NCBI GenBank assembly: GCA_946965045.2
Contig: OX337240.1
Span: 2,604,001 to 2,668,000, forward strand
Length of the DNA: 64,000 nt
Reading direction: 5' to 3'
From: Epithemia pelagica
Taxonomy: Eukaryota > Protista > Bacillariophyta
Of the stretch, positions 45,687 to 56,478 are shown piece by piece. The notes beneath the pieces were generated by a model. It was not told the DNA's origin. It ran no database searches and saw only the letters and a program-made list of their open reading frames with translations. Each line of letters starts with the position of its first letter. Within the stretch, counting starts at the first letter, position 1. A program made the translations under genes and the position numbers.

Positions 45687-46536
45687 CTAGTGTCTTTTCT
45701 ACCCCGGTTTGTCCTCATATGAGGACAGCGCTTGTCCTCATATGAGGACAACCCTACTAAAACCATATCTACGTAGACCACTGTAGCTTTTGTACGAAGC
45801 TATCGACAAAAAATGTAACCCAACCATGGGAATCTGCCATTCTACCAAAAAAATGAACAACTAAAATAGAAAAGTAATAGACCACAATCAACCATTATGT
45901 TCTATGTTTATGTGGCAAGACACTACGTGTGTTGGAAAATGCATCCATCCAGTTTATGTTGGGCAAATCCAACCATTTTGTCGAGGGAGTTCAACTGTCT
46001 TCACATACATTGGCGGATTTGAGTCTCCCACTGCACTTTCCTGGTTCCCTGAAGGTGTCTGTGCTTCCTGTACATGAACTGTTGGGGTGCAGGAGGCTCA
46101 GACGCCGCATTTGACCCTGTATTGGCGTCGAATGCTGTTACGGTCTCAGAATTTTCCTCTGTGGTGATGGAGGCTTGTTTTGGCTGAATTCTCTCAATCT
46201 GATGCCTCAATCAGGCAAAGGACAACTGGTCATCATCACTAGGGATAATAACACTCATCAGGTTGATTGTCTTCTGTTTTATCCCCTCCAAACACTCAGG
46301 TTAGAAAATCACCATCGCTCCAACATGGATGAATTCTGTTTTTGATACTGTGTCGTCACTACTCATCAGAATTAAAGCATGAGAATATCATGGGGTATGT
46401 TTTCAAGTATGGAGATTACGAATCTGAACTTTAAAACCACTTAGGAGTACATGATTGATTTGATATTCTTCTTTTGAAAGTGTACTCATATGAGGATTTT
46501 GTCCTCATATGAGTACAGGGGTAGAATAGACACTAG
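45687..46536. mobile_element. Non-autonomous TIR element (MITE) with subterminal palindromes
   Basis: Ends CTAGTGTCT(T/A)TTCTACCCC inverted; TA or CTAG target; palindrome TGTCCTCATATGAGGACA twice at left (45710-45727, 45733-45750) and two variants at right (46481-46517). Confidence 0.75.
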
Positions 46537-47149
46537 GACGTCGCGTATCGGACACTAGAAACGCGAAACGCTATCGAGGATTACTCCTCTTTTACAAATT
46601 GTACAGGGGCCTACGTCGTTGATGTAAACTCTGGACTCAGCTTGTATGTCTCCGCGAGGGTGTAGTTCCGTGGAAGCTGCGGAGTCCGCACGCCAGCCCC
46701 ACTGGTCATTCGGAAGATATCGACTACCCTGTCTACCCGAATGTATGGAGACACATGCATGGCTCTCGGATCTCGGGGATTTGTATCTCGGATGTGTCAA
46801 TAGTCAACAAAAGGTATCACCAAGTCATCTTACCTACCTAGACGATGATAGACGCAACAAATAATGAACCAAACCATGTGGTAGTACACGCTGCAGATTG
46901 TCGATCCAGAAATACTTTCCAACAGCTACGTGTCCATTGGCTACCTAGTTTGGAACCACTCCCTACTCCAGATGAAGCTGCTCCAGTGCGGCCGTCCTAT
47001 AATGCAAACTGGAAGATCTCCAACATTGTTGTTTCTTCTGGATCCATGTCGATTGTATTTTTTTAGGAGTAGTATCCAATAGAGAGAGAACCATCACAAT
47101 ATATGTAGAGAGCTCTATTCTCTTGCTGCTACTCGGTCGACTCCATTGG

Positions 47150-47386
47150 TGTTGTTTTAACCGTGGTCACTGCCGATTAAAAGGGCCAACTAGTTTCGTA
47201 AAAAGGGGATTGAGTAAATTATAGGTATGGTCATGTTACGCTATGGGTGCAAATGGTGCTGACGTATGAGGGTCGTCAGTGAATAGTGTCCAGTGGTGAC
47301 GTGGGTCATGGGGGAAACCCTTACGCACGGGAGATGTCCCCCCCCTGGTTCCGAATGCGCCAGGCGGCAACGGGGATCTTCCAACA
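47150..47386 (-). repeat. 3' LTR, Copia A2
   Basis: Repeat of 53206-53441. Confidence 0.95.
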
Positions 47387-47428
47387 CTCCCTCTCACTTT
47401 TCAATTTACACCCATTTTGTGACACTCG

Positions 47429-50400
47429 TTACCATCCGAGTACTCGTTTGCGCAGTCGTTCCAATGTGTCTTGCGGCAATGGTTTGGTGAGATAGTCGGC
47501 GAGCTGGTCCTCAGTTGCCACTTTATGAATCGTTACGCTGCCATCCTCCACGTATGTTCGGAAGTGATGGAGCTTAACGTTCAGGTGTTTAGTCCTTGGG
47601 CGAAATTTGTAGACCTTGGCCATCTCGAGCGCCCCACTGTTGTCCTCGAACACTTTACAGTGGACCTCTGCTTGCGTTTGTTGTATTTGGATGCCTTGTT
47701 GTTGCATCTCCTCCAGCAAGCGCATTATTGGTATGGCTGCTCGGAGCGCGTACGACAGCCCAGTGTACTCACTTTCCGTTGAACTGAGGGCGATCTCCGT
47801 TTGAATTTGTGATTTCCAGATTACTGGGCAACCCATATAACGGATGATGTACCCATGTCGCGACCTTGCCGTATCACGGTCTGTCGTTGCGTCCTCGCGC
47901 TTCCAGTTGCCTGCGAAGTCAGCGTCCACCCATACTTCCAAACCTGCCTCCTTGTCTGGACGGAACGACATTCCTTTGTCTCGTGTCGCGTATAGGTACC
48001 GTCCAATCCATCGGACTGCATCTCCATGTGGCTTCCGAGGGTTGGAGGCAAAGCGTGCGCATTGATGTGTGGCGTACGCTATGTCGCTCCTTGACCCTGC
48101 TTCGATGTAATTCAACATTCCGACGATGGATCGATAATTAAAATTATTGTCGAAGGGTGGTTTCTCCAGGTGGCGATGGAGTATCTTGGACGGTGCTGCG
48201 GGCGTATTCTTTGGGACTGTGTCGGATCCCAGGCGCAATCCTTTCAGTACCTTGTCGATAAGGTGCGGTTGGGAGAACGTTATTTCTCCGTTGTCGCTTT
48301 TGTGGATATTTACGCCAAGGAAATCCTTGATGTTTCCTTCCACTGTAATATTGAGCTTTGCTGCTCGGATATCGTTGATTGCTTTGTCAATCTCTGCCTG
48401 ATCAGGACCCACGATGATACTATCGTCGGTGTATAGGACGTAGATCACTTGGCCCCTGTAGAATACACACTCGTCCACGGCCGACTTGGTGAACCCAACC
48501 TGCTCCACCAACCGCCTTGACAGGTGTTGGTACCATACCCTACCGGCTTGTTTTTGCCCGTAGAGGTTGGCATGGAGCTTGAGGACATAATCTCTTTTGG
48601 ACTTTCCTTTGTCCAGATCATACCCCACTGGTATCTCCATATAGACTTCCCTCTCGACCGGTGCCTGTGGGTATGCCAGGACGTAGTCAATTTGTTGTGT
48701 GTGCCAATTGAAGGCTGATACCAGAGCTAGGACCAGTCTGATGGATGCCCACGATGCAACTGGGGCATATGTCTGGTCGTAGTCTATGCCCTTTTTCATC
48801 TTGGATCCATCGAAATTTAGTCTTGCCTTGTGTGTTTTGATCTCGCGTGTCATGATGTCCCTTTTTCTGCGCATTTGCCATACTGCCTTGAAGATGCGTT
48901 GGCCTGCTGGGACTGAATTGCGGCGCACGATAGATAGATTTCCATCTTCCATCTTTCGCTCCATTTCTTTCTGCATGCCCTTTATAAACTCCGCCCTGTC
49001 CGGCTCTTTCATAGCCTCATGATGATACATTGTATCCGGGTCGGAGACTGCCGCTTTGTACGCTAGGAGTGGGTCCTCCCCCTCCATATCGTCTTGCGGC
49101 GTGAGGGTGGAGAGAGCAAATAGTTCCCCCGGTATTGTCGCGTCATCCTCTACCTCTGCGGACATTACTTCAATGAGGCGTTGCGTCGGTTTACGCAGTC
49201 GTCCCGATCTAGTCCGCGTTTGGTTGGTTGTTGTTGTTTGCGGGGGTTGCCGCTCCCTCTGGCCGTGTGCTCCCTCTGAGTCCACTGGAGGCATTCGTTC
49301 CATGGTTCGTCCAGTCCGTGTTGTTTGTGGTGGCGTCCCACCTGGTGGTCCTGTGGTTGGACTTTGGTTGGGTGCCTCATCCGGCCATGTATTGTTTGGC
49401 AATTGTTGTTGCCCTTCTTCCGGTGGAGTGCCAGTTGGAGTGTGTTGTGGGGCTCCCTCTTGCCCCTTGTGCCTCCTCCGTCGTTTTCCGTTCTGGCTCC
49501 TCTGCGGTTGTCCGGTTCGTTTGGCGTCAGCGAAGAATGTACTGACTTGCCACGTTGCCGTCAGTTGCTCCTGTTGGAGGGTATGGAAACTGCGATCGAA
49601 TCGTACGTGGAATTGTGGACTTACATGCCCAGTGTGTCGGTTGAGGACCAGTGCCACATTCCTGTTGTGGATTGGCGACTGGCCCAAGTAAATTCCCACG
49701 CGTGCTCGATTTTCCCACTTATTGTGTGGTTTGTTCCCTTGCAATCGTTCATCCAGCACGTACACTGGGCATCCAAAGGGCCTCCAGTGCTTTTTGTTCG
49801 TGTTAATGGCTGTTTGAGAGAACAGTTGGATTGGCGATTGCTTCGTTTCGTGTTGCATATTGGGGGCCGCGTTAATGCAGTCGTTTGCATGGCGCACGGC
49901 GTAAGGCCACAAATTGGCAGTGATTGCCTGTGGCCATCGCTTGTTCGCGTGCAAAAGCATTGTGCGCGCCATCCCTTGCAACTCTCTTATTCTGCGCTCC
50001 GCCTTTCCATTTGAATGGTGGGCGCCAACGGCTGCGAACGTGAGGTCTTGTCCTTGGTCATGGCAAGCCTTCACCCACCCGTGCGCTTTAAAAATACCGT
50101 TGTCGGCGTGGTAGGCACGCACTGACACTCCTCTGTTAATGGCATAGCGCTCGAAAGCTCTCTTGCCTTGCAGTGTCTCTTCAACGGTTGAAGTCTTCTG
50201 TAGGAAAACGAAGCCCAGTGACGTCGCTTGGTCCACATACACGGTAGCGTATCTGTAGCGCTGTTTCGTGATGAACCCTGTCATCTGGGCCACGACTCCT
50301 GGAGTGGGCGATACTAACTGGTCAACCGACACAACCATGCCTGGTTTGCTTGGAGGTGTCTTGTTCGACCAGTCTTTCGACGACCTTGTGCGCCATGCTC

Positions 50401-51667
50401 GCTTCGTTGCTTTGGCGAAATTGCATGCCGAGCACACTGGGACGTGACAATTCGCCAGTCGCTTCGGCAGTATTCCGTCTCTTGCCATTTGTTGTAGTTT
50501 AGCGAATGGCAGGTGCCCAAAGTCGTAGTGGTACCTGAGCAACTCTGCTTCCGCCGTTGGCCGTTCTTCCTCCTCGTGTGGGATGATGTCTGGCGGTGGA
50601 ATTTCGTCGGTGGCGGTCTTTCCATCCAGATCGAAGTCAAACTTGCGAGGCTCTGCTTCGTCCGTTTGTTGGGTTGCTGCGTCCGGCGTTGCCTTTACCG
50701 TCGGTTTTGGTATGGCCTGGTGCCATTGTTGGGCTTGGATCGGGTAGGTTGTTTCGTCGTCCTCTCCCTCGTCATCGGATATCACCATCGACGGCATGGC
50801 TTGATGTTGTAATAATGGGTCTTTGTCGTAGTCGCGGTCGCGCTCAGTCCCACATTCTTTACAGTAGGCATGGTACTGTTTGTACCCACTCGCGAGATGG
50901 AACGTAGCCACATTATTGCCGTGTGTATCTATTTGGATCGTCCTTCGTGACTGACGGTCGTTCCAGAATAGTACTACTTCTGTGCCTGTGGTCATTTCTC
51001 CCGCCCCTCCGCGCTTTTCACTACTTTTCCGAGTCTGCGCCCAGTGTTGCGGGCTCAGTAGTCGGACCCTACCTTCTGGGACATAGTACGAGTTGGGAAT
51101 CACCATCGTATGGATCTTTCCTTGGTCATCCTCCCAGTCCCAGTGAATGGTGCCCGTCCACACTTCATAAGTTTTCGCACCTCCGAAACCTTTGATTGCT
51201 TTGTTGCACTGCTTCAAGGCTCCAGGTATGTCGCTTCGAACGTGGGTGATACAACCCGAACACCTGTTGTCGATGCCAATCATCGTTGAGTCCGAGTCGA
51301 ATGGATGGCAGTTGGTTGCCGCGGCGCATCTGGCTGCCATGGCCATGATTGCGGCGCTGCATATCATCTTTCGCGCCCTTCTTCTTCGCCATGGTCTCAC
51401 TTTCTTCCTTTGTTTCGTGTCTAGGAATTTCGTGTCTGCCCAGTTTGCCATGCTTTCGACTGTCTCATTGATCATCGTGATGGCGTGGTGCATCCAATCC
51501 TTCTTGTTCGTCGTCGACTCGAGTTCCTCCCCCTGGTGGAGAACGACTATGATGAGCTTTATCGCTGCTTCTATCATGGTTGTCGTTCGTTTCAGGAATT
51601 GGACAAGGTTCCATACCCACAGGTAAGTGATTATTTCTTCGAGGGAGAGAGTGGTGTACATGTACAA
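47429..51667 (-). CDS. pol: Pol polyprotein (PR-IN-RT-RH), Copia A2, 1412 aa, intact
   Basis: IGIDNRCSGC, HYDFGH..CSAC, SVDQ/ADNG/KAERR, YTDD, DADFAG, LADYLTKPL. Confidence 0.95.
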   Translation of the reverse strand: MYMYTTLSLEEIITYLWVWNLVQFLKRTTTMIEAAIKLIIVVLHQGEELESTTNKKDWMHHAITMINETVESMANWADTKFLDTKQRKKVRPWRRRRARKMICSAAIMAMAARCAAATNCHPFDSDSTMIGIDNRCSGCITHVRSDIPGALKQCNKAIKGFGGAKTYEVWTGTIHWDWEDDQGKIHTMVIPNSYYVPEGRVRLLSPQHWAQTRKSSEKRGGAGEMTTGTEVVLFWNDRQSRRTIQIDTHGNNVATFHLASGYKQYHAYCKECGTERDRDYDKDPLLQHQAMPSMVISDDEGEDDETTYPIQAQQWHQAIPKPTVKATPDAATQQTDEAEPRKFDFDLDGKTATDEIPPPDIIPHEEEERPTAEAELLRYHYDFGHLPFAKLQQMARDGILPKRLANCHVPVCSACNFAKATKRAWRTRSSKDWSNKTPPSKPGMVVSVDQLVSPTPGVVAQMTGFITKQRYRYATVYVDQATSLGFVFLQKTSTVEETLQGKRAFERYAINRGVSVRAYHADNGIFKAHGWVKACHDQGQDLTFAAVGAHHSNGKAERRIRELQGMARTMLLHANKRWPQAITANLWPYAVRHANDCINAAPNMQHETKQSPIQLFSQTAINTNKKHWRPFGCPVYVLDERLQGNKPHNKWENRARVGIYLGQSPIHNRNVALVLNRHTGHVSPQFHVRFDRSFHTLQQEQLTATWQVSTFFADAKRTGQPQRSQNGKRRRRHKGQEGAPQHTPTGTPPEEGQQQLPNNTWPDEAPNQSPTTGPPGGTPPQTTRTGRTMERMPPVDSEGAHGQRERQPPQTTTTNQTRTRSGRLRKPTQRLIEVMSAEVEDDATIPGELFALSTLTPQDDMEGEDPLLAYKAAVSDPDTMYHHEAMKEPDRAEFIKGMQKEMERKMEDGNLSIVRRNSVPAGQRIFKAVWQMRRKRDIMTREIKTHKARLNFDGSKMKKGIDYDQTYAPVASWASIRLVLALVSAFNWHTQQIDYVLAYPQAPVEREVYMEIPVGYDLDKGKSKRDYVLKLHANLYGQKQAGRVWYQHLSRRLVEQVGFTKSAVDECVFYRGQVIYVLYTDDSIIVGPDQAEIDKAINDIRAAKLNITVEGNIKDFLGVNIHKSDNGEITFSQPHLIDKVLKGLRLGSDTVPKNTPAAPSKILHRHLEKPPFDNNFNYRSIVGMLNYIEAGSRSDIAYATHQCARFASNPRKPHGDAVRWIGRYLYATRDKGMSFRPDKEAGLEVWVDADFAGNWKREDATTDRDTARSRHGYIIRYMGCPVIWKSQIQTEIALSSTESEYTGLSYALRAAIPIMRLLEEMQQQGIQIQQTQAEVHCKVFEDNSGALEMAKVYKFRPRTKHLNVKLHHFRTYVEDGSVTIHKVATEDQLADYLTKPLPQDTLERLRKRVLGW

Positions 51668-51715
51668 GATCAGTGTTACTAACGTTGTTACTGTTTTCCA
51701 CCCTCTCCATAGGAG

Positions 51716-53155
51716 TCACGATTCGTAATCAGAGTCCTCCTGCTCGTCGTCCATGCTCTCGATCAGTGTCTCATGTGCCACTGCCATCTTTAGAGCTTCT
51801 TTCTTCTTCTTTTCTTCTTTTGCGTCCGTTTTCGACGTTTTCGGTGCTGGTTTCGCATACCCTTTGCAATCCGCCGGCTTGTGGGTCCTCCACTTGCCAC
51901 CACATTTGCCGCCTGTGGCTTCATCGCACCAGTACCACTTGGTACCATTCCATGTGCGGTACTTTGTCAGGCTTTCCTGTTTCGGCTTCGTGTGGTCCTT
52001 GAGCCAACCTGGTCGCTCGGGTTTTTGCTTGGTGTTCTCCAGCTTTGCTTTGGTGCCTTTCTTGTGGACTCCATCTTTTCCTTTTGCCTTGTCCGCGTTG
52101 TTCTTACTGGACTGCTTTTTGAGGTGGAGTACCTCGGCCTGGAGGGCTAATACCTCCTTTTGGTGCTGGGTTGGTTGCTCCCATTCGTCGCGCGTCACTT
52201 GTTTCTTGTAGAAGTTGACGGCGCGAACCATCAGTTCGTTTGCGCTCGTGATGACGTTTGAACCGTCTTCATGGCCGTCTTCAATCTTTTGGATATAATC
52301 CTGAAAACGGTCGTCCTTGACGGCTTTGTAGCCTTTAAACAAGTTAACGATTAGGTCTAGTGATGTATGTCCTCTGGATGCCAACCCATCAACTTGACTC
52401 TGCACGTAGGCGTTGAATGCGACGATATCGGACCCGTTCGTCTCGATGTAGCGATCGAGGTTCGTTAGGTTCAGTCGCAACGTAGTGACAGTCGCGTTAG
52501 AGTCAAGGTAACTCTCGCGAATCACGACCTTGAAGAGGCATCCTCCTGCATCTTCCCCATTCACCTTGGTCTCATTCGTCCAAATTTGGATACGTTGAAT
52601 ACCGGTTGGTGAGAGTGAGTTCATGATTAAGTCATGAAGCATCTTGGAGTTCTGCGAGTTCCTGGTGTTCTGTCCGATGAATGTCGTTTCGTAGGCCTTG
52701 ATTTCCTCCAACGTCAAGCGTCCATAATCCGTGATCATGTTGACAGCTGGCGGTGCGACTCCGCCTGGAGGTGCCGGAACTGTTACCATGCAGTTGGCTC
52801 CGTTCTCGAGCATTCCGAGGTCGCGAGCCCGCGTATGGAGTAGGTTCACGAATAGTTGGAACCTGCCTGGCTCTACATCAAACTTCTCGTCGGTCGAGAA
52901 TAAGGATCTCGTTGCCTGTTCGTAGTACTTCCTGCCTTCTTTCGTGCTAAAATCCAGGGTGTTTGCAATCCCAGCTCGCAAGGGAGTACGGAGGAATGGT
53001 CCTGCAGCTGGTGCTCCTGGTCCGGCAGCTGCTTGCGCTATTGCGTTCTGGATCGCAACGGATGCATTGTTCAAGGCTTGAACGAGTGCTTGGGCGTCTG
53101 CTCCAGCCGCGTCTCCCATGTTCACTTGCTCTCCTGAAAGTAGTTCACGGCACAA
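51716..53155 (-). CDS. gag: Gag, Copia A2
   Basis: 479-aa ORF, same frame as pol; variant zinc knuckle C-x7-C-x6-H-x4-C. Confidence 0.88.
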   Translation of the reverse strand: MCRELLSGEQVNMGDAAGADAQALVQALNNASVAIQNAIAQAAAGPGAPAAGPFLRTPLRAGIANTLDFSTKEGRKYYEQATRSLFSTDEKFDVEPGRFQLFVNLLHTRARDLGMLENGANCMVTVPAPPGGVAPPAVNMITDYGRLTLEEIKAYETTFIGQNTRNSQNSKMLHDLIMNSLSPTGIQRIQIWTNETKVNGEDAGGCLFKVVIRESYLDSNATVTTLRLNLTNLDRYIETNGSDIVAFNAYVQSQVDGLASRGHTSLDLIVNLFKGYKAVKDDRFQDYIQKIEDGHEDGSNVITSANELMVRAVNFYKKQVTRDEWEQPTQHQKEVLALQAEVLHLKKQSSKNNADKAKGKDGVHKKGTKAKLENTKQKPERPGWLKDHTKPKQESLTKYRTWNGTKWYWCDEATGGKCGGKWRTHKPADCKGYAKPAPKTSKTDAKEEKKKKEALKMAVAHETLIESMDDEQEDSDYES

Positions 53156-53205
53156 ATCGGTGAGTTTTTCTTATGAAAGGTCACAGTTATCGCGCAGAGG
53201 AAGCG

Positions 53206-53441
53206 TGTTGTTTTAACCGTGGTCACTGCCGATTAAAAGGGCCAACTAGTTTCGTAAAAAGGGGATTGAGTAAATTATAGGTATGGTCATGTTACGCTAT
53301 GGGTGCAAATGGTGCTGACGTATGAGGGTCGTCAGTGAATAGTGTCCAGTGGTGACGTGGGTCATGGGGGAAACCCTTACGCACGGGAGATGTCCCCCCC
53401 TGGTTCCGAATGCGCCAGGCGGCAACGGGGATCTTCCATCA
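53206..53441 (-). repeat. 5' LTR, Copia A2
   Basis: Repeat of 47150-47386; outer end reads TGATGG instead of TGTTGG on the element strand. Confidence 0.95.
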
Positions 53442-53518
53442 CATTGGACTCCATCACATTCCACTGGCCTTTTTGTGTTTTGAGTGAAAACAGCACACAC
53501 AGAGGAACCACGACCATT

Positions 53519-55455
53519 ATGAAGCAGCAGCAACCGTCAAAAAGAAGGATTCCACCATGGTCCATCGTTGCCTGGGCCGTCCTGTGGCTCGCAACAAACT
53601 TGCCTTCCTCGCACGCATTTCTTTCACCATCAACAACAACAACAACTCTACGGCCACTCCGCGTAGTAGACAGACACTTTGTGCCAACGACAACCACCAG
53701 GACCCTCGCCACAGCAGCAACAGCAAGACCCCGAAGCCTCCGTTCCACCCATTCGAGACTGTCTCGTCGGCGAGTCGGCTTGTACAATCAAGTGGATGCG
53801 ACCATCATGACAGCTGGTTCCAGCACACCATTGGAATCCATACTCCATACTGGATTCTTGGATTGGTCCAGTTTGGGTGCCCTAGGTGTGGTGATGCAAA
53901 ATCCCATTTTTTGGTCGACGGCCATCATGATCTCCATTGTCGCGCTCTTGTTTAGTTGGGAACAAGCCGTGGCTTCGGCCCGTCACGCCTTGCCGGAAAC
54001 CTTGCAACCCGTTGTGGATTCCATGTTGGTGGAAATGGGTGGTTTGGGCTTTATTGGATTGTTTCTCAGTATTACCGTTGTTGATGGTCCCCTCGGTGGT
54101 TTGGTGGGCGGTTTGTCGCAACAATTTTTGGGCAATCCGCACATTTATTGGAAAGCTTTGAATTTTTGCACGAATCCTCTTTTGAAGTCGCCGTCAGCTT
54201 TTTTCTCATTGCCGCCTTGACGGTCGTGAGTGTCGTGCAAGAGGTGGAAAGTTTGGAATTGGTCTCCCGTGCCGTCTTTGATTTGGATGGCGATGGCGAT
54301 GTCACCTTGGGTGAAATTGCCGAGGTCTTGAATGTCGACAGTATGGTGTTGGATTTGGATGGCGATGGCGAATTGAGTGCCGACGAAATTCAATATGGAT
54401 TGGAAACGGCACCGCGACCCACCTTGTGGAAGGAAGCCTTTTTCAAATCCACCAGTGACATTCAAGCAGAAGCCTTGATTGTGCGCGAACGATTGTTGCA
54501 AGAACATGCCGACACTATTACGGAAACCAGTTTTCAAATGGACACCTACTTTGTCAAGATTTTTGGACGTAATTTGCAAGAAATGGTGGAATTGTCGCCC
54601 TTGACCTGGCTGCCCCTCTTGCCCGTGGTGGCCTTGGGACAATCGATTGATTTGTCCCGCGATATTGTCAGTGCCCGGAGTACCAATGCCTTTGAATCCT
54701 GTGGTGAATTTATCACCTCACCGGGATATTTGGCTGCCCAAACCATTGCCCTTGTCTTGGCCTGTGTCTGGGGCGTGTGGAATTTTTGGAAAATGGTCCA
54801 AATCAAGGGCATGTTGTTGCCCACCCTGATCCGGACGCCACCGACCGTCCCCGACGGTCCCAGTGAAGCCGTCTTGTTGCCACCGCGGTACGAAGACGAT
54901 TACTTTTTGCAAGCCTTTGATTCCTCGCCCTTTCCCATTGGTGCCATTGAATCCCTTTTGGGCAAGAAGGGTCGACATCGTCACGAAGCCTTGTTTGGAA
55001 CGGCCGGTCGAGCGGGACCACACTTGTATCAAAATTCCATCAAATTGCACACCTGCTTTGTCGTTGCCCAACTCGTGTTTGTGCTGGGACAAATTGTCAC
55101 GCGCGATTTGGCCGCCCTCGTCACGTTGAATGGCGGTGCGGCGGGGGATGCCATGATGGTGGCCATGGGAAGACCCGAGGCCCTGCTTCCCGAATTGACC
55201 CTGTACGGCGTCTATTCCATACTCTTGGCGGGACAATTGTGGATTGTTCCCAAAACCTTTTTGGATTATTCCCTCGTGACCAGTATTGAACGACTCATTG
55301 AAGTGGACGTTTTGACCGAATCGTGCTTGTTGGATGGAGAATGCGAACTGCCAGTGACGACTACGACGACGACTACGGACAGCAACCAGTCGGTAGTACC
55401 GTCGTCGTCGGCCAATGGATCCATTCCGGCGACCGTAACGCCTGTGACGGAATAA
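53519..55455 (+). CDS. MLO-like multi-pass membrane protein with paired EF-hands and a plastid bipartite presequence; 1-nt frameshift near 54146
   Basis: Signal peptide ending SHA-FLSP; VVDSMLVEMGGLGFIGLFLS resembles MLO ELMLLGFISLLL; EF loops DLDGDGDVTLGE and DLDGDGELSADE; ORFs 53342-54220 and 54148-55455 overlap in different frames. Confidence 0.65.
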
Positions 55456-56478
55456 AAGAAAGCGCAAGGAACCAACAACGGACGTTACCAAGAATACGGA
55501 GCATTCTTACGACTCGACCACTCGTTTTTCGTTCACTTCCTGGACACACACCTAGGAATCAATCAATCCATGAACCTGAGTGCAGCAACTCGCCCACTGC
55601 TGGTTTCCTTCCCATCCATACTACATCTCATTTCCGCTCTTTTGGAAACCACTACATCCACAAGACGAAACGATGTGGTGTATTGCCACCTACTGAGGAG
55701 AGGGAGGCAACACACGAAACCAAACACGATCCACAAACTCAACAACAACCATTCCATTTCACAGTCAACAGACAAAAGCTTAAACAACCCATGCCATATC
55801 CGCGATGCGTCAACACCAGAAGTTATAGTATGACGAAGCCGACACTATGCATCATGGCATTTTTAGAGAGGATAACGACCGACAACCCAATAACATGCGC
55901 TACTTTTACTAGAGAACAACGAACGACATTTCCTCTACTTGGAGGAAGACGTAGTCTACTCCTAACATGGATATGATTATTCGTGACTGAATACGCGACT
56001 GACTTAGTGTGGAACGTGACGCCTTTGTTCTTTCTTGAGCGCCGGGGGACAACTTTTTGGTGGCGATTCGCCAAACGTTGCACTGGCCTCTCCTCCTACG
56101 GAAGACAGAGCAAACGATGCATTCTGTCAGTCAGATGGAAGAAGAGGCAGTCATATTAAAGATATTGATTCAAAATGGTTCAAACCACGGAACGCCCAAC
56201 AATCAGCTACTCTTCCTCTCGGCCTCCCACAAGAAAGACTATAGGAAAACGAGCGTTCTTTGATTTTGCTCGGAAATGGAATATGCATTGGCAATACAAG
56301 TATAGATGGTCATCCAGATGAAACTACAAAGAAGCTATGCAATGTGCAGAAAAAGGCTTTGTGTTCTAACATCGGTTTGTTTGGAAACACGACAGGTGAG
56401 CCACCATCGGGAGATTTTCCCTCATCATCGTCGTCGAATAGAGTGTTCATTTCTTGAGGCGAGATGCCCACATCAGCA

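Larger units (their letters stand above)
47150..53441 (-). mobile_element. Ty1/Copia LTR retrotransposon, family A copy 2 (intact, young)
   Basis: LTRs 53206-53441 and 47150-47386 differ by one substitution and one C in a run; CATTGG on both sides; PPT next to 47386; intact gag and pol. Confidence 0.96.

Noticed and set aside
46555-47090. Fragmentary ORFs as a gene
   Set aside because: Several stops and frame changes, no recognisable motif.
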